DNA of 64,000 nucleotides, taken from assembly GCA_964016885.1 (NCBI GenBank), contig OZ024759.1, forward strand, positions 7,688,001 through 7,752,000, in the 5' to 3' direction. Below are positions 14,955-26,992 of this stretch, piece by piece (position 1 is the first letter of the stretch; every line of letters begins with the position of its first letter). The position numbers and the translations under genes were made by a program. The notes below the pieces were generated by a model, which saw only the letters and a list, made by a program, of their open reading frames with translations, did no database searches and was not told where the DNA came from. The stretch comes from Eledone cirrhosa (Eukaryota).

Positions 14955-15405
14955 TGTACTGGGTAAATGCTGGCCTTGTGCCTAAAATAGAAACAGTTAT
15001 TTTAATAAAGCATATCGACGTAAGTGGAGTTACTTAAATGAAAATATAGGTGGCCCTTAAAAGGGCCAAATTAGAAAACAAATTTAAGTTAATTAGAAAA
15101 CAAGTCATGGTTATCAAATAAATTGGATTTAATCATTTATATTTTCATAGTCATGGTTATCAATGTAGAAAACAAGTCATTTTCTCCAACAGTGGAATTA
15201 ACTTAAATGAAAATATAGGCGGCCCTTAAAAGGGCCAAATTAGAAAACAAATATATGGTTATCAAATTTTTTTCACCAACCCTATACATGAAATTGATAA
15301 CCATTTAGGTAATTGATAATCATTTAAGTAACTCCACTTACATCGATATGCTTTATTAAAATAACTGTTTCTACTTTAGGCACAAGGCCAGCAAATACCC
15401 AGTGC
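14955..15405. repeat. Inverted ~85-bp duplication of SINE 3' end plus flank (14955-15040 / 15320-15405) with an internal direct duplication
   Basis: GCTGGCCTTGTGCCTAAA...GTGGAGTTACTTAAATGA is present in both orientations. Confidence 0.75.
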
Positions 15406-15550
15406 ATTACTGGTACTTTATTTTATCGACCCCGTAAGGATGAAAAGCAAAGTCAACCTCGGCGGGATTTGAACTCATATCGTAAAGGGACATAACTATG
15501 CTGGAAAGCATGGCGTCCGACCCTCTACCGATACTGCCAATCCACCGCCC
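15360..15550 (-). mobile_element. tRNA-derived SINE (family 2)
   Basis: Reverse complement of 28863-29051; B box GAGTTCAAATCC. Confidence 0.85.
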
Positions 15551-16396
15551 TAACATGGCGTCCGACCCTCTACCGATACTGCCAATCCACCGCCCTAACA
15601 TGGCGTCCGACCCTCTACCGATACTGCCAATACACCGCCCTAACATGGCGTCCGACCCTCTACCGATACTGCCAATACATCACCCTAACATGGCGTCCTA
15701 CCCTCTACCGATACTACCAATCCACCACCCTAACATGGCGTCCGACCCTCTACCGATACTGCCAATACATCACCCTAACATGGCGTCCGACCCTCTACCG
15801 ATACTACCAATCCACCACCCTAACATGGCGTCCGACCCTCTACCGATACTGCCAATACATGACCCTAACATGGCGTCCGACCCTCTACCGATACTGCCAA
15901 TCCACCACCCTAACATGGCGTCCGACCCTCTACCGATACTGCCAATCCACCGCCCTAACATGGCGTCCGACCCTCTACCGATACTGCCAATCCACCGCCC
16001 TAACATGGGCGTCCGACCCTCTACCGATACTGCCAATCCACCACCCTAACATGGCGTCCGACCCTCTACCGATACTGCCAATCCACCACCCTAACATGGC
16101 GTCCGACCCTCTACTGATACTGCCAATCCACCACCCTAACATGGCGTCCGACCCTCTACCGATACTGCCAATCCACCACCCTAGCATGGCGTCCGACCCT
16201 CTACCGATACTGCCAATCCACCACCCTAACATGGCGTCCTACCCTCTACCGATACTGCCAATCCACCACCCTAACATGGCGTCCTACCCTCTACCGATAC
16301 TGCCACTCCACCACCCTAACATGGCGTCCGACCCTCTACCGATACTGCCACTCCACCACCCTAACATGGCGTCCGACCCTCTACCGATACTGCCAA
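15509..16396. repeat. 45-bp tandem repeat (~20 copies) derived from the SINE family 2 head
   Basis: Unit CATGGCGTCCGACCCTCTACCGATACTGCCAATCCACCACCCTAA. Confidence 0.95.
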
Positions 16397-16507
16397 AACG
16401 CGTGGTAATACGGAAATAAACGATGTTTACGATTGAGAAGGTTGATGAAACTTTCACTTCTGACAGCTAATAGCATGGTAGTGCCGTGTGTTGTATGTTT
16501 GGGGAAG

Positions 16508-16635
16508 GTGGGTGGCCTAGTGGTTAATAACGTTGGGCCCCACAAACGTGAGGTTGGGATTTCAGTTTTGTGACTGTGGTTGCGTTGAGTCCTTGAGCAA
16601 GACACTTTATTTCATGTACCAGTTCACTCACCTGG
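16508..16635 (+). mobile_element. Degenerate tRNA-SINE head (family 1-like)
   Basis: TGGCCTAGTGGTT A box and CCTTGAGCAAGACACTTTATTTCA. Confidence 0.6.
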
Positions 16636-16654
16636 GGGTGGAATGGTCTAATAC

Positions 16655-16918
16655 CAGGCCGGGATTTATTGGGGGGAGCAATTGCCCTGGGCCCCATGCA
16701 GTGTGTGTGTGGGGGAGGAGCACCAGCGACAGATGTAGCAATGTATGTGCCCTCAGCTAGGCTTTTTAGTTTTAGAATGGTTAGAACTTTTGAATTTAAT
16801 ATTTGTGTATTACCTACTCCGAGTTAACTTTGATATGTAAAATTGGGGGGGGGGGGGTTGCTGTGTATTCTATTTTGTGTATGAGCCCCGGCCCCCTCAA
16901 GGTCTAAATCCCGGCCTG
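16655..16918. mobile_element. MITE with 14-bp terminal inverted repeats (hAT-like CAGG ends)
   Basis: CAGGCCGGGATTTA ... TAAATCCCGGCCTG; no target-site duplication recognised. Confidence 0.6.
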
Positions 16919-17174
16919 CCTGTCGAGATGTCACAAACGTTTCTCCTTTCTCCTGTTAGAAGTCGTGGTTGGTTCTTTTCCAAGACTTTGGTCATAGAAC
17001 TGTTGACGGGGTTATTGTTACGATGGTGTGACAAACCTGTTTGTATATCTGTAAGAAACGAGGATAACAACCAAGGTATTTACCAGGTGTAATTCCTCCA
17101 AACGAGAGACTACCAGACTCTGTACACACAGTTCCCGGACAGTTCACTTCAGTTCTTATTTATAGAGTTCGCTT

Positions 17175-17280
17175 AGTAGAGAGGTTGCCCAGTACTCCTC
17201 GTTGCTGTCTTTTGCTCTCGTGTTGGCTCCGTTGTTCACCCCTTCCCTTACATTTTCTTTAATATTGTAACATTGAAGGA
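17175..17280 (+). mobile_element. 3' UTR copy of the CRE-like element
   Basis: Reverse complement of ~19004-19103. Confidence 0.7.
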
Positions 17281-17491
17281 ATATATCTTTCATTGTATCA
17301 TCCCTTGTAGTGTTACCGAGGCATTTGTAATGTTATTTATATATTTAAAACATATTTGTTATGTTATTCTACTGTAAATTTATTGATATGCGCTGTTTAT
17401 ATTTTCATTCTGAAGGAACTTATCCACTCACTTGTGTTGATATAAGTGATTTTATGACTTTCCTGTAAGCATTGTGTCATTATATATGTTA

Positions 17492-18552
17492 CTAGTAGAG
17501 GTACCCGGCGTTGCTCGGGTATTAAATAGCAGTTGTGTATACCATTTATGTCAATAATTCAGTGCTGCTTCGAAAACTATACTTTTACAAAATCATCGGC
17601 TTTTTCCAAAAAGGGGTGCCTGCCCCCAGGAGTCCCCTACTCAATATGTGCCAATTCTGAGAGTTCACATTCATCTGTAGGACAAACGTAGCCCACGTGT
17701 CAAGTTTTGTGAAAATCGGTTGAGAACTCCAGAAGTTATGACGTTTTGTTGCATTGCACTGCAGTTCTTCAGTCGACTCCAAGGAAGTGGTCAAAGGGGG
17801 TTATCTGCCGGGAGGCCCTATTATCAATATCTGGAAAAATGAAAGTGCCCATGACCATCCGGAGTACATAAGTAACCTATGTCTTAAGTTTGGTGAAAAT
17901 ACTGTAGAAATGCATAAGGTTTATATATGCGCGTGCGCACGCGTGTGTGTGTTTGTAGGTGTGTATGTATTTGTGTGTGCGTATGTATGTGTATGTCCGT
18001 CGGGGCTTCCGTATGTACTGGCCTAAATCTTCACTATTTACTTTTACTATTTTAATAACCTCTGTTATTTTGGTTTACAATTTTATTTACATCATTCTTA
18101 AACTCCGGGGCTGGATATTATTCTGTTATCTTAAATAGAATATTAGTCTAACGACTCCATTTATACCATAAACTTGGTCTTGTATTTACATGAAATTGTT
18201 CTTCACGCTCCACATAACGACGTATTATCCTCGCTTTTTTTCCATTCATTGCCAGGGAACGTCTTCACGAACCAAAATATCGTCTTCCTGTTTTCGTTCG
18301 GTTGCAACGTTTCTCGAAATATTTATTTCTGCGTTCACAGATTACTCTCAGTTCAATTTGAATGGGAAATTCCTGTTTCATCGATTTTCTCCGAAACCAC
18401 GGAAGCTTGTAGCTTGAAAGTCGACCCAACGCCTTCTCGGGCCATTCTGCATAACTGTGTAAATTTTCGCTGCATTCCACCAAGCCGTTTCAACGTTTAT
18501 CCGACTACACCTACATATACAACGTCCGACCACTTCCAGTTTATATAATAGA
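17492..18552 (-). mobile_element. Non-autonomous Helitron
   Basis: Minus strand starts A|TCTATTATATAAAC and ends TACCCGAGCAACGCCGGGTA hairpin + CTAG|T; internal (GT)n. Confidence 0.75.
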
Positions 18553-18899
18553 TTATAAACGTGAATAAATTAATTTTGTTTACAAGGGTCCGCTTTTAGT
18601 TACGGGGGGTGGGGTGGGGTGGGTGGGGCGTATTCAGTATTTTTTTTTCTCCCACAACAGTTATTGATTCTATAACATAAGTAAAATTCATGGAAATAAC
18701 AACAATAAAAACAGTCATAATACCAGAAAGCAACACATGACATGGTCCCGTAACTCCCGACGGTGTTGTAGCGAGACTATATTCACATACGATCTTTCTA
18801 TAACTGTTTTTATTCATAGATGCACAAACAACATTACAAATCGTTTTCAATTCTTTCAGAATGAAAATATAAACAGAGCATATAAATAAATTTACAGTA

Positions 18900-19460
18900 G
18901 AATAACATAACAAATATGTTTTAAATATATACATAAATAACATTACAAATGCTTAGACAACATTATAAATAGCTCGCGATTCTTTCAGAAAGATATATTC
19001 TTTTAATGTTACAATATTAAAGAAAATGTAAAGGAAGGGGTGAACAACGGAGCCAACAGCAGAGCAAAAGACAGCAACGAGGAGTACTGGGCAACCTCTC
19101 TAATGATTTTTGAGGCAAGCCAGCACACTGTCAGTGTTACCTCAGGTGATGGCGAGGCTGATGCGTTGAAACAGCCAAGCGCCCTCGCGAGATTCGCCAG
19201 TTACCTTTATTAGGCAAGCCGCCAGTGAAGAGAGGAACCTCACAGTCAGCGACCCAACTCCCCCAAACGTCTCGAAAGCCACAGGCTGAAAAATGTAGCT
19301 GGCCGACAGATCAGAGTATTTGAGGGTCTTACTCCGCTCAGCTGCGGAAGCTGTGACTCTCGTCCTAACCGCAGCATCCAGGATGTGGGAAAGAACAAAA
19401 GAGTCACTAACAGTGACGTCCCAGACAAAGCACCTGCCTCTCGACCAGGGGCACAGGGTA
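18900..19460 (-). mobile_element. CRE-like non-LTR retrotransposon 3' end with restriction-like endonuclease domain
   Basis: PWSRGR..VWDVT..D...K..KY.DL...YIFQPVAFETFG...WLFQRISLAI*GN motif series. Confidence 0.8.
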
Positions 19461-19726
19461 AGGCTTAATTCGGGATGTTTGTTTACAAACACACCGAGCA
19501 TTATAATAAATGTTCAGTGAATCCATACGTACATATATATATGAGCGCATGTATGTATATATATATACATACTACTGTACGTCTGTACACATATATGTAT
19601 GTAAGTGTACATACTTATATTTAAGTAACGGCTGTACTAAGAGTGAGAAATGAAATTTTGTTTCATTTTTTCCGTTTATATGTATATATAGATATGTATA
19701 TGTATATATGTATATATGTATATATA

Positions 19727-20195
19727 CATGGTAGTGAGACTTGGGCGCTGAAGGTGGAAGACTTACGTAGATTAGAGAGAAACGAAGCCTGCATGCTCCG
19801 ATGGATGTGTAATAATAATATAAGCAAACGAAAAAGCATAAATGAATTGAGAGAGAGACTGAGCATAAGAGGAATCAAATGCTGTGTGCAGGAGAGGTGG
19901 TTGCGTTGGTATGGACATGTGATGCGTATGAAGGATGACAGCTGCATAAAAAGGTGCAGAGCACTAGTAGTCGATGGAAACCGCGGAGTGGGGAGACCCA
20001 AGAAGACCTGGGATGAGGTGATAAAAGCCGACCTTACCCAATTACACCTCTCAAAGGCAATGACACACGACTGAGACCTCTGGTGTCGCGCAGTAATACA
20101 GAGTACCCGACCTCCCAAGGGTACAAGCTGAAGCATATAGACAATATGCCCCACACCCTCCCACTGCAAGGTGGTCGTGGAGGTGCCACGGCAAA
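19727..20195 (+). mobile_element. RTE LINE 3' fragment
   Basis: HGSETW...LRWYGHVMRM...GRPKKTW. Confidence 0.9.
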
Positions 20196-20312
20196 AATAT
20201 ATATATATATATAGTAATAATAATAAATTTGAAGACTAAAATCCAAAGAGGGCTCGATAAAGGATGAATATATATCAAATATATAAGAACCATAGAGCAA
20301 ATTGTTATTTTA

Positions 20313-20347
<35 letters not shown>

Positions 20348-20349
<2 letters not shown>

Positions 20350-20995
20350 AAACTAATATGTATGTGATGAAACACAGATACCAACACATCTGTATATATA
20401 TTGCAAGTGGGTATTTTCCTCCTTCGAGCTAATTCCATTGTAAAAGAATTCATTGTAAAAGAATTCATTACCTTATTAATATAACTGCTCCTAGTCTGAG
20501 CTGAAAGCCGCCTCATATATACGACTATTATTTCTAGCAGTACGGTTATGAGACTAGCTAGATACTGTTAAACCATGTGCGTCACGCAGTCTTTTAAATT
20601 ATTTAGAAGTGAAGCATATCAATTTGTCCCTGGATGTTTACTGAGGAGAGCAGGATATGATATTCCTACACTTATTTAACTCGAAACATATTTGGGTTTT
20701 AAAGTTTAAACTTATCTACGGAACAGGTTTGATTTTGAAATTTAAATGTGTCTAAACATCACGGCCTTTTGGCAATACAGTTCGTCTTTGTTGATTTATT
20801 ATTTTAAATCGATATGGACAAACTGTAGTATAATAATTAGTATACTTCAATCTGGATAAATTTTCTTTTGCAATATATATACAGATGTGTTGGTATCTGT
20901 GTTTCATCACATACATATTAGTTTATACACGGCTCAGTGGGTATTTTTCTCCTTCGAGCTAATTCCATTGTAAAAGAATTCATTACCTTATTAAT
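20348..20995. repeat. Mixed inverted (20348-20406 / 20868-20926) and direct (20407-20480 / 20937-20995) duplications
   Basis: Direct sequence comparison. Confidence 0.8.
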
Positions 20996-21248
20996 AATTA
21001 TATATATATATATATATATCTAAATGTGTGTGTGTTGTGTGGTTCTCTGTTGTGTAGGCTGACATATATTCTACATGTTATAAGGCGTTTATGACACTGT
21101 GGGGGGTGGCAGACCTCCGACAGTGGCTACATGTATGTATAGATGTATATATGTGTGTTCTATATATATGTGTTGCATAGGTGGACAAATCATTATAAAT
21201 ATTGTTTAGAAGGTGAATGTCTGTGGGTATATATACATATATATATAT

Positions 21249-22285
21249 CTAGGGCAGGTAAAATTCCCGAGATCCATGGACGAGTTCTCTCCAGCGGTCT
21301 CTGTCCCTCATTATCGCTGCCATGTCCTGCGTCTCCAACAGACCAGTGTCTGTCCTTAGGGCATCAACATATGTTAACCTTGGTCTTTCTCTTCCAGTGT
21401 GTCCATGTAGGGGCTCCCACAGGAGCAGTGAGTGCAATGTCAACTCTGGATGTCGGTGACCATGGCCAGCTAACCTCAGTCTCTTCTGTGTCGCTCTCGA
21501 GCTGACTTTTGGGAGGCTCCCATACAGCTCTGAGTTTTTCATCCTCAGTGTATACTGATTAATGTTCAGAGCCATCCTCAGCATTCTCGTGTAGCACCCA
21601 TCCACCATCTGAGTGAGTTTCTTGGTCAGTGTCCAAGTCTCAGACCCGTACAGCAGCACAGACTCCACTACAGCAACGAATAGACGGATCTTCAGGTCTT
21701 TATGAAGGTCCGACTTCCACACCGATCTCAAGCTGTGGCACGCCGCCCAGGCTTTGCTCTTCCTCTCAACCACATCATCTTCCGTATTCCCAATCTTTGC
21801 TCCCAAATATAGGAAGTCCTGATGAAGATGTTACAGGCTTATGGAATCCCCAAGAAGATAGTGGACCTGACATCACTGCTCTACACCAACACCAAAGCCC
21901 AAGTCATTACACCTGATGGGATGACAGAGTTCTTTGAGATACTGGCTGAAGTGCTCCAGGGAGATACATTGGCTCCCTACCTTTTTATCATCGTAGTGAA
22001 CTATTGTATGCGCCTTGCACTGGAGAAACACCAGGACTCTGGCTTTACTGTAGCACCGGCTGAGAGCAGGAGAGTTAAGGTGAAAAAGATATCGGATGCT
22101 GAATTTGCCGACGACATAGTTTTGGTGACAAATACAGTGAAGGAGGCAGAGGATTTGATGCGGGAGGTTGAGACTGTGTCGATGAGTGTGGGGCTGAGAA
22201 TGAATGAGATTAAGACAAAATGTCTGGCAGAGAATGTTGAGAAGACAGACGGATTAGTAATGTAGGCGGGAAGGCACTGAAAAAA
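21249..22285. mobile_element. RTE-like LINE (second family) with inverted 5' part: 3' part minus 21249-21821, RT core plus 21819-22285
   Basis: Plus: VLQGDTLAPYLF, FADD. Minus: DFLYLG, LLYGSETW, RLRLAGH. Confidence 0.88.
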
Positions 22286-22291
22286 AAAAAA

Positions 22292-22292
22292 A

Positions 22293-22324
<32 letters not shown>

Positions 22325-22413
22325 TGTGTGTATATATATATATGTGTGTGTGGTGGTGTCAGCAGTTCTATATGTGTGTGTGTCAGCAGTTCTGTGTGTG
22401 TGTGTGTCAGCAG

Positions 22414-22452
<39 letters not shown>

Positions 22453-22632
22453 AGCAGTTCTATGTGTGTGTGTGTGTGTCAGCAGTTCTGTGTGTGTGTG
22501 TGTGTGTCAGCAGTTCTATGTGTGTGTGTGTGTGTCAGCAGTTCTATGTGTGTGTGTGTGTGTGTGTGTCAGCAGTTCTATATGTGTGTGTGTGTGTCAG
22601 CTGTTATATGTGTGTGTGTGTGTGTCAGCAGT

Positions 22633-22672
<40 letters not shown>

Positions 22673-24047
22673 AGCAGTTCTGTGTGTGTGTGTGTCAGCT
22701 GTTCTATGTGTGTGTGTGTGTGTCAGCAGTTCTATGTGTGTGTGTGTGTGTCAGCAGTTCTATGTGTGTGTGTGTGTGTCAGCAGTTCTATGTGTGTGTG
22801 TGTGTGTGTGTGTGTCAGCAGTTCTATATGTGTGTGTGTGTGTCAGCTGTTATATGTGTGTGTGTGTGTGTCAGCAGTTCTATGTGTGTGTGTGTGTGTC
22901 AGCAGTTCTATATGTGTGTGTGTGTGTGTGAGCAGTTCTATGTGTGTGTGTGTGTGTCAGCAGTTCTATATGTGTGTGTGTGTGAGCAGTTCTATGTGTG
23001 TGTGTGTGTGTGTGTGAGCAGTTCTATATGTGTGTGTGTGTGTGTGAGCAGTTCTATGTGTGTGTGTGTGTGTCAGCAGTTCTATGTGTGTCTGTGTGTC
23101 AGCAGTTCTATATATGTGTGTGTGTGTGTCAGCAGTTCTATATGTGTGTGTGTGTGTGTCAGCAGTTCTATATGTGTGTGTGTGTGTGTCAGCAGTTCTA
23201 TGTGTGTGTGTGTATATCAGCAGTTCTATATGTGTGTGTGTGTGTGTGTGAGCAGTTCTATGTGTGTGTGTGTGTGTGAGCAGTTCTATATGTGTGTGTG
23301 TGTGTGTGTCAGCAGTTCTATATGTGTGTGTGTGTGTGTCAGCAGTTCTATGTGTGTGTGTCAGCAGTTCTATGTGTGTGTGTGTGTGTCAGCAGTTCTA
23401 TGTGTGTGTGTGTGTGTCAGCAGTTCTATGTGTGTGTGTGTGTCAGCAGTTCTATATGTGTGTGTGTCAGCAGTTCTATATGTGTGTGTGTGTGTGTCAG
23501 CAGTTCTATGTGTGTGTGTCAGCAGTTCTATGTGTGTGTGTGTGTGTCAGCAGTTCTATATGTGTGTGTGTGTGTCAGCAGTTCTATGTGTGTGTGTGTG
23601 TCAGCAGTTCTATATGTGTGTGTGTCAGCAGTTCTATATGTGTGTGTGTGTGTGTCAGCAGTTCTATATGTGTGTGTGTGTGTGTCAGCAGTTCTATATG
23701 TGTGTGTGTCAGCAGTTCTATATGTGTGTGTGTCAGCAGTTCTATATGTGTGTGTGTGTGTCAGCAGTTCTATATATGTGTGTGTGTGTGTCAGCAGTTC
23801 TATATGTGTGTGTGTGTGTGTCAGCAGTTCTATATATGTGTGTGTGTGTGTCAGCAGTTCTATATGTGTGTGTGTGTGTCAGCAGTTCTATGTGTGTGTG
23901 TGTGTCAGCAGTTCTATGTGTGTGTGTGTGTGTGTCAGCAGTTCCATATGTGTGTGTGTCAGCAGTTCTATATGTGCGTGTGTGTCAGCAGTTCTATATG
24001 TGCGTGTGTGTCAGCAATTCTATGTGTGTGTAGTGTGTGTCAGCAGT

Positions 24048-24085
<38 letters not shown>

Positions 24086-24090
24086 AGCAG

Positions 24091-24125
<35 letters not shown>

Positions 24126-25620
24126 AGCAGTTCTATGTGTGTGTGTGTGTGTCAGCAGTTCTGTGTGTGTGTGTGTGTCAGCAGTTCTATGTGTGTGTGT
24201 GTGTGTCAGCAGTTCTATGTGTGTGTGTGTGTGTGTGTGTGTCAGCAGTTCTATATGTGTGTGTGTGTGTCAGCTGTTATATGTGTGTATGTGTGTGTCA
24301 GCAGTTCTATGTGTGTGTGTGTGTGTCAGCAGTTCTATATGTGTGTGTGTGTGTGTGAGCAGTTCTATATGTGTGTGTGTGTGTGTGAGCAGTTCTATGT
24401 GTGTGTGTGTGTGTCAGCAGTTCTATGTGTGTGTGTGTGTGTCAGCAGTTCTATGTGTGTGTGTGTGTGTCAGCAGTTCTATATGTGTGTGTGTGTGTGT
24501 GTCAGCAGTTCTATATGTGTGTGTGTGTGTGTCAGCAGTTCTATGTGTGTGTGTGTGTGTCAGCAGTTCTATATGTGTGTGTGTGTGTGTGAGCAGTTCT
24601 ATGTGTGTGTGTGTGTGTGAGCAGTTCTATATGTGTGTGTGTGTGTGTCAGCAGTTCTATATGTGTGTGTGTGTGTGTCAGCAGTTCTATGTGTGTGTGT
24701 CAGCAGTTCTATGTGTGTGTGTGTGTGTCAGCAGTTCTATGTGTGTGTGTGTGTCAGCAGTTCTATATGTGTGTGTGTCAGCAGTTCTATATGTGTGTGT
24801 GTGTGTGTCAGCAGTTCTATATGTGTGTGTGTGTGTGTCAGCAGTTCTATATGTGTGTGTGTCAGCAGTTCTATATGTGTGTGTGTGTGTCAGCAGTTCT
24901 ATATGTGTGTGTGTGTGTCAGCAGTTCTATATGTGTGTGTGTGTGTGTCAGCAGTTCTATGTGTGTCTGTGTGTCAGCAGTTCTATATATGTGTGTGTGT
25001 GTGTCAGCAGTTCTATATGTGTGTATGTGTGTCAGCAGTTCTATATGTGTGTGTGTGTGTGTCAGCAGTTCTATATGTGTGTGTGTGTGTCAGCAGTTCT
25101 ATATATGTGTGTGTGTGTGTCAGCAGTTCTATATGTGTGTGTGTGTGTGTCAGCAGTTCTATATATGTGTGTGTGTGTGTCAGCAGTTCTATATGTGTGT
25201 GTGTGTGTCAGCAGTTCTATGTGTGTGTGTGTGTCAGCAGTTCTATGTGTGTGTGTGTCAGCAGTTCTATATGTGTGTGTGTGTGTCAGCAGTTCTATAT
25301 ATGTGTGTGTGTGTGTGTCAGCAGTTCTATATGTGTGTGTGTCAGCAGTTCTATATGTGTGTGTGTGTGTCAGCAGTTCTATATGTGTGTGTGTCAGCAG
25401 TTCTATGTGTGTCTGTGTGTCAGCAGTTCTATATATGTGTGTGTGTGTGTCAGCAGTTCTATATATGTGTGTGTGTGTGTGAGCAGTTCTATATGTGTGT
25501 GTGTGTGTCAGCAGTTCTATATGTGTGTGTGTGTGTCAGCAGTTCTATATGTGTGTGTGTGTGTCAGCAGTTCTATGTGTGTGTGTGTCAGCAGTTCTAT
25601 GTGTGTCTGTGTGTCAGCTA
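22292..25620. repeat. Array of CAGCAGTTCTAT cores separated by variable (GT)n
   Basis: Roughly 100 or more units by inspection. Confidence 0.97.
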
Positions 25621-25984
25621 TGTTGTGTAGGCGGACATTTGTCCAACACAAGATATTTTTAGATGGTGTTCACAGGACAAGTGCTTCTGCTAAGAGGTGT
25701 GTGTCTGAGTGTGTGTCTGAGTGTCTGAGTGTATATGTCTCTGAGTGTGTGTCTGAGTGTCTGAGTGTCTCTGAGTGTGTATATGTATGAGTGTATCTGA
25801 GTGTGTGTCTGTGTGTGTGTATATGTATCTGAGTGTGTGTCTGTGTGTATGTATATGTCTGTGTGTGTGTGTGTGTGTGTATATGTCTCTGAGTGTGTGT
25901 CTGTGTGTCTTTGAGTGTGAGTCTGTGTCTTTGTGTGTGTCTGTGTGTATCTGAGTGTGTGTCTGTGTCTCTCAGTGTGTGTAT

Positions 25985-26905
25985 GTATCTATATCTGTGT
26001 GTGTATGTGTATATATATCTAAATGTGTGTGTGTATCTGTGTGTGTGTATATATCTAAATGTGTGTGTGTATCTGTGTGTGTGTATATATCTAAATGTGT
26101 GTGTGTATCTGTGTGTGTGTATATATCTAAATGTGTGTGTGTATCTGTGTGTGTGTATATATCTAAATGTGTGTGTGTATCTGTGTGTGTGTATATATCT
26201 AAATGTGTGAGTGTATCTGTGTGTGTGTATATATCTAAATGTGTGTGTGTATCTGTGTGTGTGTATATATCTAAATGTGTGAGTGTATCTGTGTGTGTAT
26301 ATATATTTAAATGTGTGTGTGTATCTGTGTGTGTGTATATATCTAAATGTGTGTGTGTATCTGTGTGTGTGTATATATCTAAATGTGTGTGTGTATCTGT
26401 GTGTGTGTATATATCTAAATGTGTGTGTGTATCTGTGTGTGTGTATATATCTAAATGTGTGTGTGTATCTGTGTGTGTATATATATCTAAATGTGTGTGT
26501 GTATCTGTGTGTGTGTATATATCTAAATGTGTGTGTGTATCTGTGTGTGTGTATATATCTAAATGTGTGTGTGTATCTGTGTGTGTGTATATATCTAAAT
26601 GTGTGAGTGTATCTGTGTGTGTGTATATATCTAAATGTGTGAGTGTATCTGTGTGTGTATATATATTTAAATGTGTGTGTGTATCTGTGTGTGTGTGTAT
26701 ATCTAAATGTGTGTGTGTATCTGTGTGTGTGTATATATCTAAATGTGTGTGTGTATCTGTGTGTGTGTATATATCTAAATGTGTGTGTGTATCTGTGTGT
26801 GTGTATATATCTAAATGTGTGTGTGTATCTGTGTGTGTGTATATATCTAAATGTGTGTGTGTATCTGTGTGTGTGTATATATCTAAATGTGTGTGTGTAT
26901 CTGTC
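25985..26905. repeat. 36-bp minisatellite (~25 copies)
   Basis: Unit ATATATCTAAATGTGTGTGTGTATCTGTGTGTGTGT. Confidence 0.95.
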
Positions 26906-26992
26906 TGTGTTCTAAAAATAGCCTCTTTGTCCTCCATCTTATCTCAAAAGACCACCCCATCCCCGCTCTCCCTCACCCCTCTTGTGACTGAA

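Noticed and set aside
21819-21830. CTGATGA as a hammerhead core (also at 54590)
   Set aside because: There is no stem II plus GAAA partner; 21819 is LINE coding sequence at an inversion junction.
15509-25620. CRISPR-like appearance of the 45-bp array and the CAGCAGTTCTAT array
   Set aside because: There are no unique spacers and no cas genes, and the context is eukaryotic repeat DNA.
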